This document shows positions 30,445-42,984 of a stretch of 64,000 nucleotides of DNA, piece after piece. How positions within the stretch are numbered: position 1 is the stretch's first letter; each line of letters begins with the position of its first letter. Source of the DNA: Eledone cirrhosa (lineage: Eukaryota); contig OZ024761.1 in NCBI GenBank assembly GCA_964016885.1, positions 17,546,001 to 17,610,000 of the forward strand, written 5' to 3'. A program made the translations under genes and the position numbers. The notes beneath the pieces are model-generated. The model was not told the origin of the DNA and did not search any database. It worked only from the letters and a program-made list of their open reading frames with translations.

Positions 30445-31625
30445 TACCACTATAAACCCACCATTCTAACCACCACTACAAGCTCACCACTACAAGCCCA
30501 CCACTACAAGCCCACCACTCTACCCACCACTACAAGCCCACCACTCTACCCACCACTACAAGCCCACCACTCTACCCACCACTCTACCCACCACTACAAG
30601 CCCACCACTCTACCCACCACTCTAACCACCACTACAAGCCCACCACTCTACCCACCACTACAAGCCCACCACTACAAGCCCACCACTCTAACCACCACTA
30701 CAAGCCCACCACTCTACCCACCACTACAAGCCCACCACTACAAGCTCACCACTACAAGCTCACCACTACAAGCCCACCACTACAAGCCCACCACTCTAAC
30801 CACCACTACAAGCCCACCACTCTACCCACCACTACAAGCCCACCACTACAAGCCCACCACTACAAGCCCACCACTACAAGCCCACCACTACAAGCCCACC
30901 ACTCTTACCACCACTACAAGCCCACCACTCTTACCACCACTACAAGCCCACCACTCTGCCTACCACTCTACCCACCACTACAAGCCCACCACTCTACCTA
31001 CCACTACAAGCCCACCACTCTACCCACCACTACAAGCCCACCACTCTAACCACCACTACAAGCTCACCACTCTACCCACCACTACAAGCCCACCACTACA
31101 AGCCCACCACTCTTACCACCACTACAAGCCCACCACTCTTACCACCACTACAAGCCCACCACTCTACCCACCACTACAAGCCCACCACTACAAGCCCACC
31201 ACTCTAACCACCACTACAAGCCCACCACTCTAACCACCACTACAAGCCCACCACTCTAACCACCACTACAAGCTCACCACTCTACCCACCACTACAAGCC
31301 CACCACTACAAGCCCACCACTCTAACCACCACTACAAGCCCACCACTCTAACCACCACTACAAGCCCACCACTCTAACCACCACTACAAGCCCACCACTC
31401 TACCCACCACTACAAGCCCACCACTCTAACTACCACTACAAGCCCACCACTATAAACCCACTTCTATAAGCCCACCACTATAAGCCCACCACTCTACCCA
31501 CCCCTATAAGCCCACCACTACAAGCCCACCACTACAAGCCCACCACTCTACCCACCACTACAAGCCCACCACTCTTACCACCACTACAAGCCCACCACCA
31601 CCACAAGTCCACCACTCTAACCACT
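30445..31625. repeat. C/A-rich minisatellite (ccactacaagccca / ccactctacca units)
   Basis: Tandem 11-14-bp variants abutting the Helitron relic. Confidence 0.92.
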
Positions 31626-32249
31626 CAGTTACACACACATTCACAAAGAGTAGAAGTGACCTTATCGTTCATTTAATCTAATTAGCTTAGACACAAGATA
31701 AATTACCTCTTAATTAACTCTAAGCATTATACTTGTTATAGACAGGACGGTAATAAAACCAAGCCGTCATGCAAAGCTGGAGTTGAATAATAGGTGTGTT
31801 CATTGTTTTGTGTTTAACAAGTTTTACTCTAGAATTGGCCAAATAAATGGAAGCATTTTCAGTTAAGAATTAACTTCTTCGTTACCATATTTCTGGGGTC
31901 TAAGTTTGTTAGCCTCCCCATGGTCGTCCCTGGAAACTTATTCCTGATCTCTGATCTTGATCAGGCGATCAACAACAACCTGAGCCCAACTGACACACAA
32001 GAAGAAGACCATATTTCTAATATATAATAATTGTTTCTACGTTAGGCACAAGGCCAGCAATTACCCAGTGCATTACTGGTACTTTATTTTATCGACCCCG
32101 TAAGGATGAAAGTCAAAGTTAACCTTGGCGGGATTTGAACTCAGAATGGCAAGGGCCGTAACTCTATGCGTCAAAGCATGGCGTCCGACCCTCTACTGAT
32201 ACTGCCAATCCACCGCCCTTATATATAATATATAATAATATAATATAAT

Positions 32250-32526
32250 GGAAATTATTGTGTACAGGGCTCAGGTGCACTACAACTCACCAAAGGTGCA
32301 TGTATAGTACATAGAATAATGTACAAATGTCAGGAAAGTGAACAGTGTATGAGTCATGATATACACACACACGCATGTATATGGAGAGGGGAATATCAGG
32401 TGTAGTGTTGGGGAATTTCGGGAAGCATGGAAGTTTTGAAGGATGCAGTGTCCTGACAGGTAACAACTGATGCAGGTAGTTTGTTCCATGCTTCAGCAAC
32501 TCTGAGCGTGAAACTGACTTTCTCAT
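32250..32526 (-). mobile_element. CR1/L2-type LINE 3' fragment
   Basis: SFTLRVAEAWNKLPASVV...SFK matches the CR1-group ORF2 C-terminal WNxLP motif. Confidence 0.65.
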
Positions 32527-32874
32527 GATTAAGCTGGTGTTTGGAACATAACTTTAACTTGTTCATTACTATATTTCTAATGAAAATAATTTTGAAAATA
32601 ATCAAGAATTTGGGGGGGATTTAGTAATATAACTAACCTTCTCGTTATTAAGTTGGTGTTTGGAATCCAACTTAGCCCTTTCATTATGATATTTCCAATT
32701 AGATAATTTTGAAAATAATCAAGAATTTAGCATTTAATAATATAACAAACTTTCTCGGTATTAAGCTGGTGTTTGGAACATAACTTAACAAAGATTCCTG
32801 TGATAGAAGGTTTTTAGATAAACAAACACTTTAACCCTTTCTTTACCATATTTCTAATTAAAGACACTTTCTCT

Positions 32875-33200
32875 GTTATCATCATCATCATCATCATTAT
32901 CGTTTTCCATGCTTGCATGGGTCTCTCTTATCAAAACATCTCTCCACATGCTGCGTTTCTTTGTCATCTCCTCTGTGAGTCTCAGCGATTTGCGGTCAGC
33001 TCTCATCACCTCTGCCCAAGTCTTTCTTGGTCTACCTTTACTGCAACTTTCTTCCACTGGCATTTCCTGGTACTTCTTCACCCATCAATCATGATCCATA
33101 TGCATCATTTGTTTGTACTAACGCAGTCTTCTCTCCTGCACACCACCTCTGATTCCTCTTAAACCTAGTTTCTTCCTCGGCTCATCCATTCTCTGCCTTT
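32875..33200 (-). mobile_element. RTE LINE ORF2 C-terminal fragment
   Basis: KGRPRKTWAEV...MWR motif followed by (GAT)n tail. Confidence 0.7.
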
Positions 33201-34410
33201 CTCTCCCATTTGTGTTTCAATTAGATTTGAAAGTAATCAAGAATTTGGAAGGATTTAATAAAACAACCTCTCCAATATCTAAAAACAGATTTGTTAATTC
33301 ACATATATATAGTATGTTTAAATAATGGAGAGATCCCTGTGGAAATTTCACTAAACTAAAGACTAGTTTTTAATGTGATGCAGCCATAGTGAGGTTTTTT
33401 TACCTCTCGTGTATATATTTTTTATCTTGCAGATATATAATCCACATTTTCCAAAATGCAGATTACGATTATAATTCCTACAGAATAAAAATATATACAC
33501 AAATGATAAATACAAGTTGCAGCAGATTTCACTGGCCATCGTCTGGGGGAATGTTTTTGCTGTCTTGTCCACAGGGCGCAGCATTCCTGCCCCCTTGCCC
33601 TAGGTCGAAAGCCCAATCACTCTCCCCCCTCACCCCCCCTGTCTTCTGTGACACCAGAGCTCTTGCCATCCCCTCCCTTTCCCGTTCTTTTTCTTCTTTC
33701 TTCCTCTCTTTTTTTTTTATATTTCCCTATTCTTTCCTTTTGTCCCCCTCCCTTTTTTTCTTACTTAATAAGGTTTTTTTTTTTTTTGCTTTTGAATAAA
33801 AAGTTGATAACTATACAAAGGCTATAATTTTTTTTTTTATTAAGATTATATTCTTAAATGTTTACAGCTGTGTGTAAAGATTAAAGATGTAACTATTCCA
33901 GTCAATGTGAAAAAAACAAAACAAAACAACGTTTTGTTAATGCAGTTTCGTGCGGTACAGCACGTTAAGAGTTAAACTGATGTTAGGAACAACCCAGCCA
34001 TTTCGTTGTCATATTTCTATTCAGATACACTTCCTATAGGCATCTGATATTTGTTTAATCGGCCAGAGAGGTGGGGAGCGGTTTTGTGACCTCACTAAGG
34101 TTTGACCCGAGGATGTTAAAGGGGAGTAACCTGATACGGCGTGGCATTTAGTCGAACGCTCTGTATTTACTGTCACTCTTCTTTTGATTGTAATCAACAG
34201 GTAGTCAGACGAGTGAAGTATACCTTTGTTTACTAATCGATCTTCTCAATTATCGACTTATTAGCCTTTGCCTTCTGCCACTCTTGTGAATGTTATAAAG
34301 TTTACGTCAAAATTGTTTACCCGAACAAAGTTCGTTATACACAAATACTTTTGTTTATATATATATATATATATATATATACATACACACCTACACTTTT
34401 GTTTATATAA

Positions 34411-34446
<36 letters not shown>

Positions 34447-34626
34447 CACCACTTTTATATATCTACCTATCTATCTCTCTCTCTCTACACACACACAACC
34501 ACTTTTATTTATATACATATATATATGTAAACTGGCAAACAACAAACTAAATTTTCTTCACACCATAAGACTCGGGAGCACACTGTCCACCACTAAAACA
34601 ACAGTTACATCTATATCAACGTCATT

Positions 34627-34987
34627 ATGGTAAACTACCGGATTAGTTTGCTGGTCGTCTCGTCAGCTATCGCCGTCCCTTGGTTACTAACAACACTGGG
34701 GTTCTGCCCTGGTTTTCTTGTTGGTATTGCCAACAAGTTAAGAGCGACCGATTTTCTGTCTCGGGTGGAAAACGGGTGGAGATTTCTTCATTTATTCAGC
34801 GCTGAACGCTCGAACGACGACAGAACAACGGCCCCAGGTGTTTTCACAAAGTCCGAACTGTCTAAATACACAGGTGACCAGCAACAGAAGCCAGCTGCTC
34901 TACACCTAGCAATCTTAGGCCATGTCTTTGATGTTAGTTCGGGTAGGAAGTTTTACGGTCCAGGTAACGCCTACAGTTTCTTTACAG
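34627..34987 (+). CDS. CYB5D2: Neuferricin (cytochrome b5 domain-containing protein 2), coding exon 1
   Basis: ATG at 34627, hydrophobic N-terminal segment, then cyt-b5-like heme/steroid-binding motifs VFTKSELSKYTG...LHLAILGHVFDVSSGRKFYGPGNAYSFFTG; ends at donor ACAG|GTGAG (phase 1). Confidence 0.92.
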
Positions 34988-37028
34988 GTGAGATATAAAT
35001 AATTAGCTACAGTCTAATAGACCCTACATCTACGCTTTCTTTATATTGTTTCCACATAACTGTCCTAATAATGGATAACTGTTAACAAAATGTTGCAGAG
35101 ACAGAATTTATGTGCTGTACATTAAGGTTATGTTGATACAATTAAAAAAAAAAATAATATTGGTTTCTGATTTAGGCACAAGGCCAACAATTTTTGGGGG
35201 GGAAGGGGAAAATGGATTAAATCGACTCAGTGCCTTACTGGTACTTTATTTTATCGACCCCCGTCCGCAAAGTTAACTGCTGTGGGATTTGAACTTAAAT
35301 CATAATAATAATAATAATTGTTTCTACTTTAGGCACAAGGCCAGCAATTTGAAGGGAAGGGGGAAGTCGATTAAATCGACTCCAGTGAATTACTGGTGCT
35401 TTATTTATCGACCCCCCATAAGGATGAAAGGCAAAGCTAACCTCAGCGGGATTTGAACTCAGAACGTAAAGGGTCGTAACTCTATGCTACGAAGGTTGGT
35501 GTCCAACGCTCTACCTGAAATAATTGTTTCTACTTTTTGGCACAAGGCCAGCAATTATCCCAGTACATTACTGGTGCTTTATTTTATCGACCCCGTAAGG
35601 ATGAAAGGCAAAGTTCACCTCGGCGGGAATTGAACTCAGATCGTAAAGGGACGTAACTATGCTGGAAAGCATAATCCAACCCTCTACCGATACTGCCAAT
35701 TCACCGCCCTAGCTCTTCCTGAAATAATAATAACTGTTTCTACTTTAGACTCAAGGCCAGCCAACCATCAGGAGGTCCAGAGGTAAACCACTAGCTAGAT
35801 GGTTGGATAATATCCATAACCTTCGTTGGTCTTCCTTGGTGCTCCAACTGGATCATTTGGAAATGGTTGCCTCTGATATGATACTCCAGAAGGCGTATCT
35901 GAAGACCCTCTCAGGAATAAGTGGGGGAAGAATAAGAAAAAGTATTTCTTTATCAGAATCTGAAGCAGCCTCAAGCAATTTGGTCTCAAAAGGGTTAAAA
36001 CAAATGTTCTCTGGTAGGTTGATCTCAAAAGGGTTAAGAAGGTGTTTACATATCTAATGCTGAAGTAACATACAGTGCTTCTTGGGTATTTTAAACCTGG
36101 CAGAGCCCATCACTTTCCAGGTCTGAACACAGCTGAATTCTTCCACAGTAGGAGATGTAGAGGAAGTGAAAAAGAGATATAGAGGAAGAATCAACCCGAA
36201 TACTGGACTGATATTTTTTGTTGATCTTGAAAGGATGAAAGGCAAAGTTGGAACCGGGTATTGAAATCAGAGTGTAGAAAGAGCTGGAACGAATACCCCC
36301 AAAGCATTCGTTCCTCTATTCTAACAATTCTGCCTCTTCACTACCCACTAAGAAGGTGTTAATCTGTTTCTTGGGCATTTTAAACCTGGCAGAGCCCATC
36401 CCTTTCCAGGTCTGAACACAGCTGATTTCTTCCATAGAATGTGTAGAAGTGATATAGATGAAGTGAGAAAGAAATATAGAGGAAGGATCGACCCCCAATA
36501 TTGAACTGATACTTTCTTTTTTTTTTTGATCTTGAAAGGATGAAAGACAAAGTTAGCTTCAACAGGATTTGAACTCAGAGGAGGGCTGAGAGCCAGAGCA
36601 AATACCACAAAGTGTTCTATCCAACATTCTAACGACTCTGCCACTTTACTCCCCACTAAAATATGTTAATCTTGAACTAATTGCATTTCATGTGGAATAG
36701 ATAGATTTACTGGCATTTTATTATATTGTGTAGACTCTTGTTACTTCAGCACTATCAGTAAAGGGTCAGACGCCATGCTTTCCAGCATAGAGTTACGTCC
36801 CTTTACGGCCTGAGTTCAAATCCTGCCGAGGTTAACTTTGCCTGTCGTCCTTACGTGGTCGATAAAATTAAGTACCAGTAATGTACTGGGATAATCGCTG
36901 GCCTTGTACCAAAAGTAGAAACAGTTATATTAGAATAAAGGGGAAGACCCCTCCACCACTACCACCAAAAAAAAAGTGGGGTGAAACATTTCATTTCATT
37001 CCATTTGACCATTTCTATATTTCTTCAG

Positions 37029-37169
37029 GCCGAGACGCTTCTGGTGCTTTTGTGACTGGAGATTTCACAGAGAAAGGCTTGACCGATGACATAGAAGACT
37101 TCACTGGTGACCAACTAAATGGTGTCAGAGAATGGCTTGACTATTTTATAAAAAATTACAAACATATCG
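37029..37169 (+). CDS. CYB5D2: Neuferricin coding exon 2 (141 nt)
   Basis: Acceptor ttcttcAG|GC; reads (G)RDASGAFVTGDFTEKGLTDDIEDFTGDQLNGVREWLDYFIKNYKHI(G), in phase with exon 1; donor G|GTATGT. Confidence 0.92.
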
Positions 37170-38249
37170 GTATGTATTACAGTATTACATATGGTTTTGG
37201 GGGTCATAGAATGGAAAGTAACAATCACAAAATATCCAAAGATAGAACACAAATACACACACACCCTCTCTTTCTCTCTCTCACACACACACTCTTTCTC
37301 TCCCTCTCACACACACATTCTTACATACATGTACTCTCACATCATCATCATCATTGTGCGTCCTCTTTTCCCTGCTTGCAAGGGTGGGACAAGTCCTTTT
37401 CAGCACAGCATCTCTCCATTCGTCACGGTCCTTCATTATCTCTTCTGTGGATAATTGCTGGCCTTGTACCAAAAGTAGAAACAATTATATTAGAATAAAG
37501 GGGAAGACCTCTCCACCACTACCACCAAAAAGTGGTGAATTGGCAGTATCGGTAGAGGGTTGGACGCCATGCTTTCTAGCATAGTTACGTCCCTTTACGG
37601 TTTGAGTTCAAATCCCGCTGAGGTTAACTTTGCCTTTCATCCTTAAGGGGTCGATAAAATAAAGTACCAGTAATGTACTGGGTAATTGCTGGCCTTGTGT
37701 CTAAAGTAGAAACAATTATCTCTTCTGTGGATTGGCATAGTTACGTCCCTTTGCGATCTGAGTTCAAATCCCACCGAGGTTGACTTTGCCTTTCATCCTT
37801 ACGGGGTCGATAAAATAAAGTACCAGTAATGCACTGGTGAATTGCTGGCCTTGTGCCTAAAGTAGAAACAATTATCTCTTCTGTGAGCTTCAGTGATCTG
37901 AGGTCAGCTTTCACCACCTCTGTCCATGATTTTCGTGGTCTTCCTCTACTGCGTTTTCCTTCAACTGGGATTTCTTGGCACTTCTTTACCCAGTGGTCTC
38001 ACATACAAACATTCATATACACACACTCTGACCTAGATATGCACACACAAGTACACATGTTCACACATATGCACTTGCATACTCACACAGATACCACACA
38101 TACACACACACACACACACACACAGTTTTTCCAATGTTCAGAAGTATGAGGTCTCCCATATTACAAACTAGTGTCATTATCATCATCATCATCATCATCA
38201 TCATCTTTTAACGTCCATCTTCCACGCTTGCATGTGTCAGTATGAATTG

Positions 38250-39600
38250 GGATGTGAAAAGTGTGTATATATATGGTATATATCTCTAGCTGTGTGTGAA
38301 AAGTGTGTATATATATGGTATATATCTCTAGCTGTGTGTGAAAAGTGTATATATATGGTATATATCTCTCTAGCAGTGAGTGAAAAGTGTATATATATGG
38401 TATATATCTCTAGCTGTGTGTGAAAAATGTATATATGGTATATATCTCTCGCTGTGTGTGAAAAGTGTATATATATATATATGATATATATCTCTAGCTG
38501 TGTGTGAAAAGTGTATATATATATGGTATATATCTCTAGCTGTGTGTGAAAAGTGTATATATATGGTATATATCTCTCCCACTGAGTGAAAAATGTATAT
38601 ATATGGTATATATCTCTAGCTGTGTGTGAAAAGTGTGTATATATATGGTATATATCTCTAGCTGTGTGTGAAAAGTGTGTATATATATGGTATATATCTC
38701 TAGCTGTGTGTGAAAAGTGTGTATATATATGGTATATATCTCTAGCTGTGTGTGAAAAGTGTGTATATATATGGTATATATCTCTAGCTGTGTGTGAAAA
38801 GTGTGTATATATATGGTATATATCTCTAGCTGTGAGTGAAAAGTGTATATATATATGGTATATATCTCTAGTTGTGTGTGAAAAGTGTGTATATATATGG
38901 TATATATCTCTAGCTGTGTGTGAAAAGTGTGTATATATATTGTATATATCTCTAGCTGTGTGTGAAAAATGTATATATATGGTATATATCTCTAGCTGTG
39001 TGTGAAAAGTGTGTATATATATGGTATATATCTCTAGCTGTGTGTGAAAAGTGTGTATATATATGGTATATATCTCTAGCTGTGTGTGAAAAGTGTGTAT
39101 ATATATGGTATATATCTCTAGCTGTGTGTGAAAAGTGTGTATATATATGGTATATATCTCTAGCTGTGTGTGAAAAGTGTGTATATATATGGTATATATC
39201 TCTAGCTGTGAGTGAAAAGTGTATATATATATGGTATATATCTCTAGTTGTGTGTGAAAAGTGTGTATATATATGGTATATATCTCTAGCTGTGTGTGAA
39301 AAGTGTGTATATATATTGTATATATCTCTAGCTGTGTGTGAAAAATGTATATATATGGTATATATCTCTAGCTGTGTGTGAAAAGTGTATATATATGGTA
39401 TATATCTCTAGCTGTAAGTGAAAAATGTATATATATGGTATATATCTCTAGCTGTAAGTGAAAAATGTATATATATGGTATATATCTCTAGCTGTGTGTG
39501 AAAAGTGTGTATATATATGGTATATATCTCTAGCTGTGTGTGAAAAGTGTGTATATATATGGTATATATCTCTAGCTGTGAGTAAAAAGTTTGTATATAT
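38250..39600. repeat. ~36-38-bp minisatellite with 376-bp higher-order duplication
   Basis: Unit gtgtgaaaagtgtgtatatatatggtatatatctctagct; identical ORFs at 38586 and 38962. Confidence 0.92.
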
Positions 39601-40094
39601 GCCAGCATCAACATGTACATTGACATCATAGAAGACCAGCAGTCGCCCATGTATAACACCACCGATGTTGTCCAGAGAAAGGCATAGACCAATATAGCTT
39701 GTCACCAGTGACATCGCGACTCATTTTTACAGCTGAGTGAACTGGAGCAATGTGAAATAAAGTGTCTTGCTCAAGAACACAACACAACACAAAGCCCAGT
39801 CTGAGAATCAAACTTACAACCTCATGATTGTAAGCCCGACCCTCTAACCACGAAGCCATGTGATTTCATGTATGTTTATGGTATATATATATATATATAT
39901 ATAGGAACAAGTAGGACCCCGACGGCTGAGCTCAAGCCGTTTCGACAGCTAATTCTGAGTCCAGAATTAGCTGTCGAAACGGCTTGAGCTCAGCCAGTAG
40001 GGTCCTACTCGTTCCTATTACCCACTCTACTACCCTAAGTATTGAGTACTTTGGTGCGTTATGGTCCACCTGGTTCCTTACCACATTTCCTTCG

Positions 40095-40148
<54 letters not shown>

Positions 40149-40665
40149 CCCCTTTCTTAAACACTCCTTAGACAACCCAGCACCACTCCCAATCAATTAT
40201 CTTGCTGCTACGATTCACTATTTTCTGTATATATATATATATATATATGCTTTAATTCTTTTAAATCTTCATCAACACTCCTTCTCTCCCACACACATTA
40301 ACACCTTCCTCCCCCAGACACACCCAAATCTCTCTTATATATAGTCATACATCACAACACAACCTGATCTCAGTTTGACAATTGCCACCGATGAATGCGA
40401 GAAAGTTCTCCAGGAATCTTTAGAAATCTTCCCACCGAAGATAACAAAGAACTTACTAGCTCTACCAAATCATAATATTATAAAATTAAATCAAATTCTT
40501 TAGAACTACGAGTGAAGTCATTTATTTCCTTTTTTTAAATATATAGAAAACCTGCCAGATAGTCCTTTACAAGCGAGACACGGTCACTCAACCAATCCTG
40601 CCTCAAGTGGGACAATTCCCGTCCAACCCATGCTAGCGTGGAAGATGGGCGTTAAAAGATGATGA

Positions 40666-40716
<51 letters not shown>

Positions 40717-40763
40717 CATTCATATACTGTGTATATATATATATATATATATACATACATATA

Positions 40764-40815
<52 letters not shown>

Positions 40816-40962
40816 TATTTTCCGTTGTGTTGTAATATAAATATTACACACAGTAGATTATCAGCTCACGTAGAGTTTGCTCGACGGTTCCAGTTGTAGT
40901 TCCAAAAGTAATCCGGAGAAAAATAGAAAGATTTGAATGGATACAGTTTAGTTGAAAGGAAT

Positions 40963-41082
40963 TTATTGACACGTGTTTCTATAACAGTTACATAACCTAA
41001 AACAGCTGCTATCTACAAACTTTTAGTTATGCAGACATTCAATATTTCAATGTTATTATTTACTGTCATTTCATCAGAATAA
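40963..41082 (-). ncRNA. Hammerhead ribozyme, inverted-arm copy
   Basis: Reverse complement of 45614-45733. Confidence 0.8.
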
Positions 41083-41646
41083 TATTACTGAGGACCTATT
41101 TAGTTTTTATAGAGAATATTAGGAGGGAGGGGTGAAGTTGTTAGAAGAATAGTTGAAGGAGTGGTTTTTCGATAGCAGTGAGAATTCTTGGTGGCAGTGA
41201 GTAATTAGATTCCCATCTGTTGTTTTGACATTTTTTATAGAATATATTATTGGTTATTTTTCTAAATCTATAGAAGGATTAGAGATAGTAAAGATATGCG
41301 TGGTTGGTTTTGTGTTTGCACTTAATTAACATTCAGACTTAAATTTTTCTTTCAAGTGTACGTATCCTTTCACCCACGCATTCATACACACATATATTTG
41401 CACACCTCTACAAAATACATATACTCACAATTCACATATTCATACTTACATATATATATACACATGCATACACATATATATACACACATGTATTCATGTA
41501 CATACATACGCGCTCATGTGTATACATTTTCATACTCAACTTATCTTTATATACACACGTATAGACATACACATATATACATACATACTCTAGTCCATGT
41601 GTACACACATACACATACATACACATCTATATACACATACATACAT

Positions 41647-41739
<93 letters not shown>

Positions 41740-42002
41740 AGCACTTTAATACATGAATACACTTACATCTAACTATACACATCAAACATATATATATATT
41801 TACTTATTTATATACATTTTCACATATATATACATACTTATGGACGTTTTTAGACACATTCATTATCGCATATTTGCACCTATTCTCATCAGCATATCTT
41901 TCCATTATTAGTGTGGTAATTTAAGGTTATATGTTGAGAAGAGATTGTTTTTATATTTTTGTAACTAGATTAAGGTTTATATAGTTGGGGGATGTCCCTC
42001 TT

Positions 42003-42984
42003 TTATGTAATATTCGGCTTGTAGTGGGAAAAAAGGGTTTTAGTTCTGTGACGGCAGAATAATGTTCGTTCAATTCTGTTATTCAGCAGTTTCTTCTTGT
42101 GTGTGATTATGTAATAAATCTCAAGATTACGCAATTTGCAGAAATTTTGGCTCCTGGAAAAGCTTTGGGTTTTAGCTAATTTTTCCCATTTTAGGGTAAA
42201 CTTTTGATCGCTATCCCTGAGCGTCCAAGCTTTTTCTGCTAAAGTTGTTACATTTCTTTGGCTCTGGTGTTTTATTGAGTAAGAATGCCTATACAATCGA
42301 GATTTAAACGATGTTGCCGTTGATCCCACGTAATACCACTCGTTGCCTCCGGATTTAATGGTACACTTATAAATAATATTTTTTTCCAGGCAGTTATTGC
42401 CGAGGGGGCAGTTGTCAGGATAGGTGCAGTTACAGTTGTGTACGTTGGGTTTTCTCTGGAGTAGTATTGCGGACGAACTTAGGTGTGGTTTATTTATGTT
42501 CTGTAGTGTATTGTCTACTGTTTTTTTTGTGTTCTTTGTACTTAAGTTCTTAGTGTTTTCGTTTAACCTTCTAGTATTGATCTTTTTTATGTGTTGTTCA
42601 AGGTTTAACGCTGTAGAGTATGACAGTCTTATAGTGGTAGGGTTTAGGATTTTGTGGTATTTGTGTGATGTGGGAAAATGTCTTTTAATTATTTTAAAGA
42701 AGAGTACTGGTAAATTTGTACTAATGGAACTATTGTATTCGGGGTTATACCATAAGTACTCTTTGCATCGCTTTCTGTTAGTTTTGTTTGTTGGTTTACT
42801 GGTGTGCATACTATGGTAGTAAGTGTGGTTTGGTGTTGTGTTATTATATCTACTTATGTGGGATTTATTTTGGGTGTTTTGATTGTTCCCATCTATGTAC
42901 TCTATTTTGTTGAGGTAGCCTGCTTTACTAAGGGCGTTATCGTAGTACTCGGCGTGTTCCTTAAATACTTGTATGTTAGAAGAT
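42003..42984 (-). pseudogene. Inverted duplicate of the PLE C-terminal (linker + GIY-YIG) coding region
   Basis: Near-identical translation to the + ORF C-terminus (CKLRN instead of CKLCN). Confidence 0.9.

Noticed and set aside
30373-31233. 286-aa extensin/mucin-like ORF
   Set aside because: Product of a minisatellite with frame-switching units; no signal peptide or splice support.
38250-39600. Regular ~37-bp repeats resembling a CRISPR array
   Set aside because: No unique spacers, eukaryotic context, no cas genes; a simple minisatellite (same for 1-275, 10630-11600, 52200-53100).
42804-42980. Hydrophobic 'transmembrane' N-terminus on the 633-aa PLE ORF
   Set aside because: It is the antisense reading of the inverted arm fused in frame by chance at the inversion junction.
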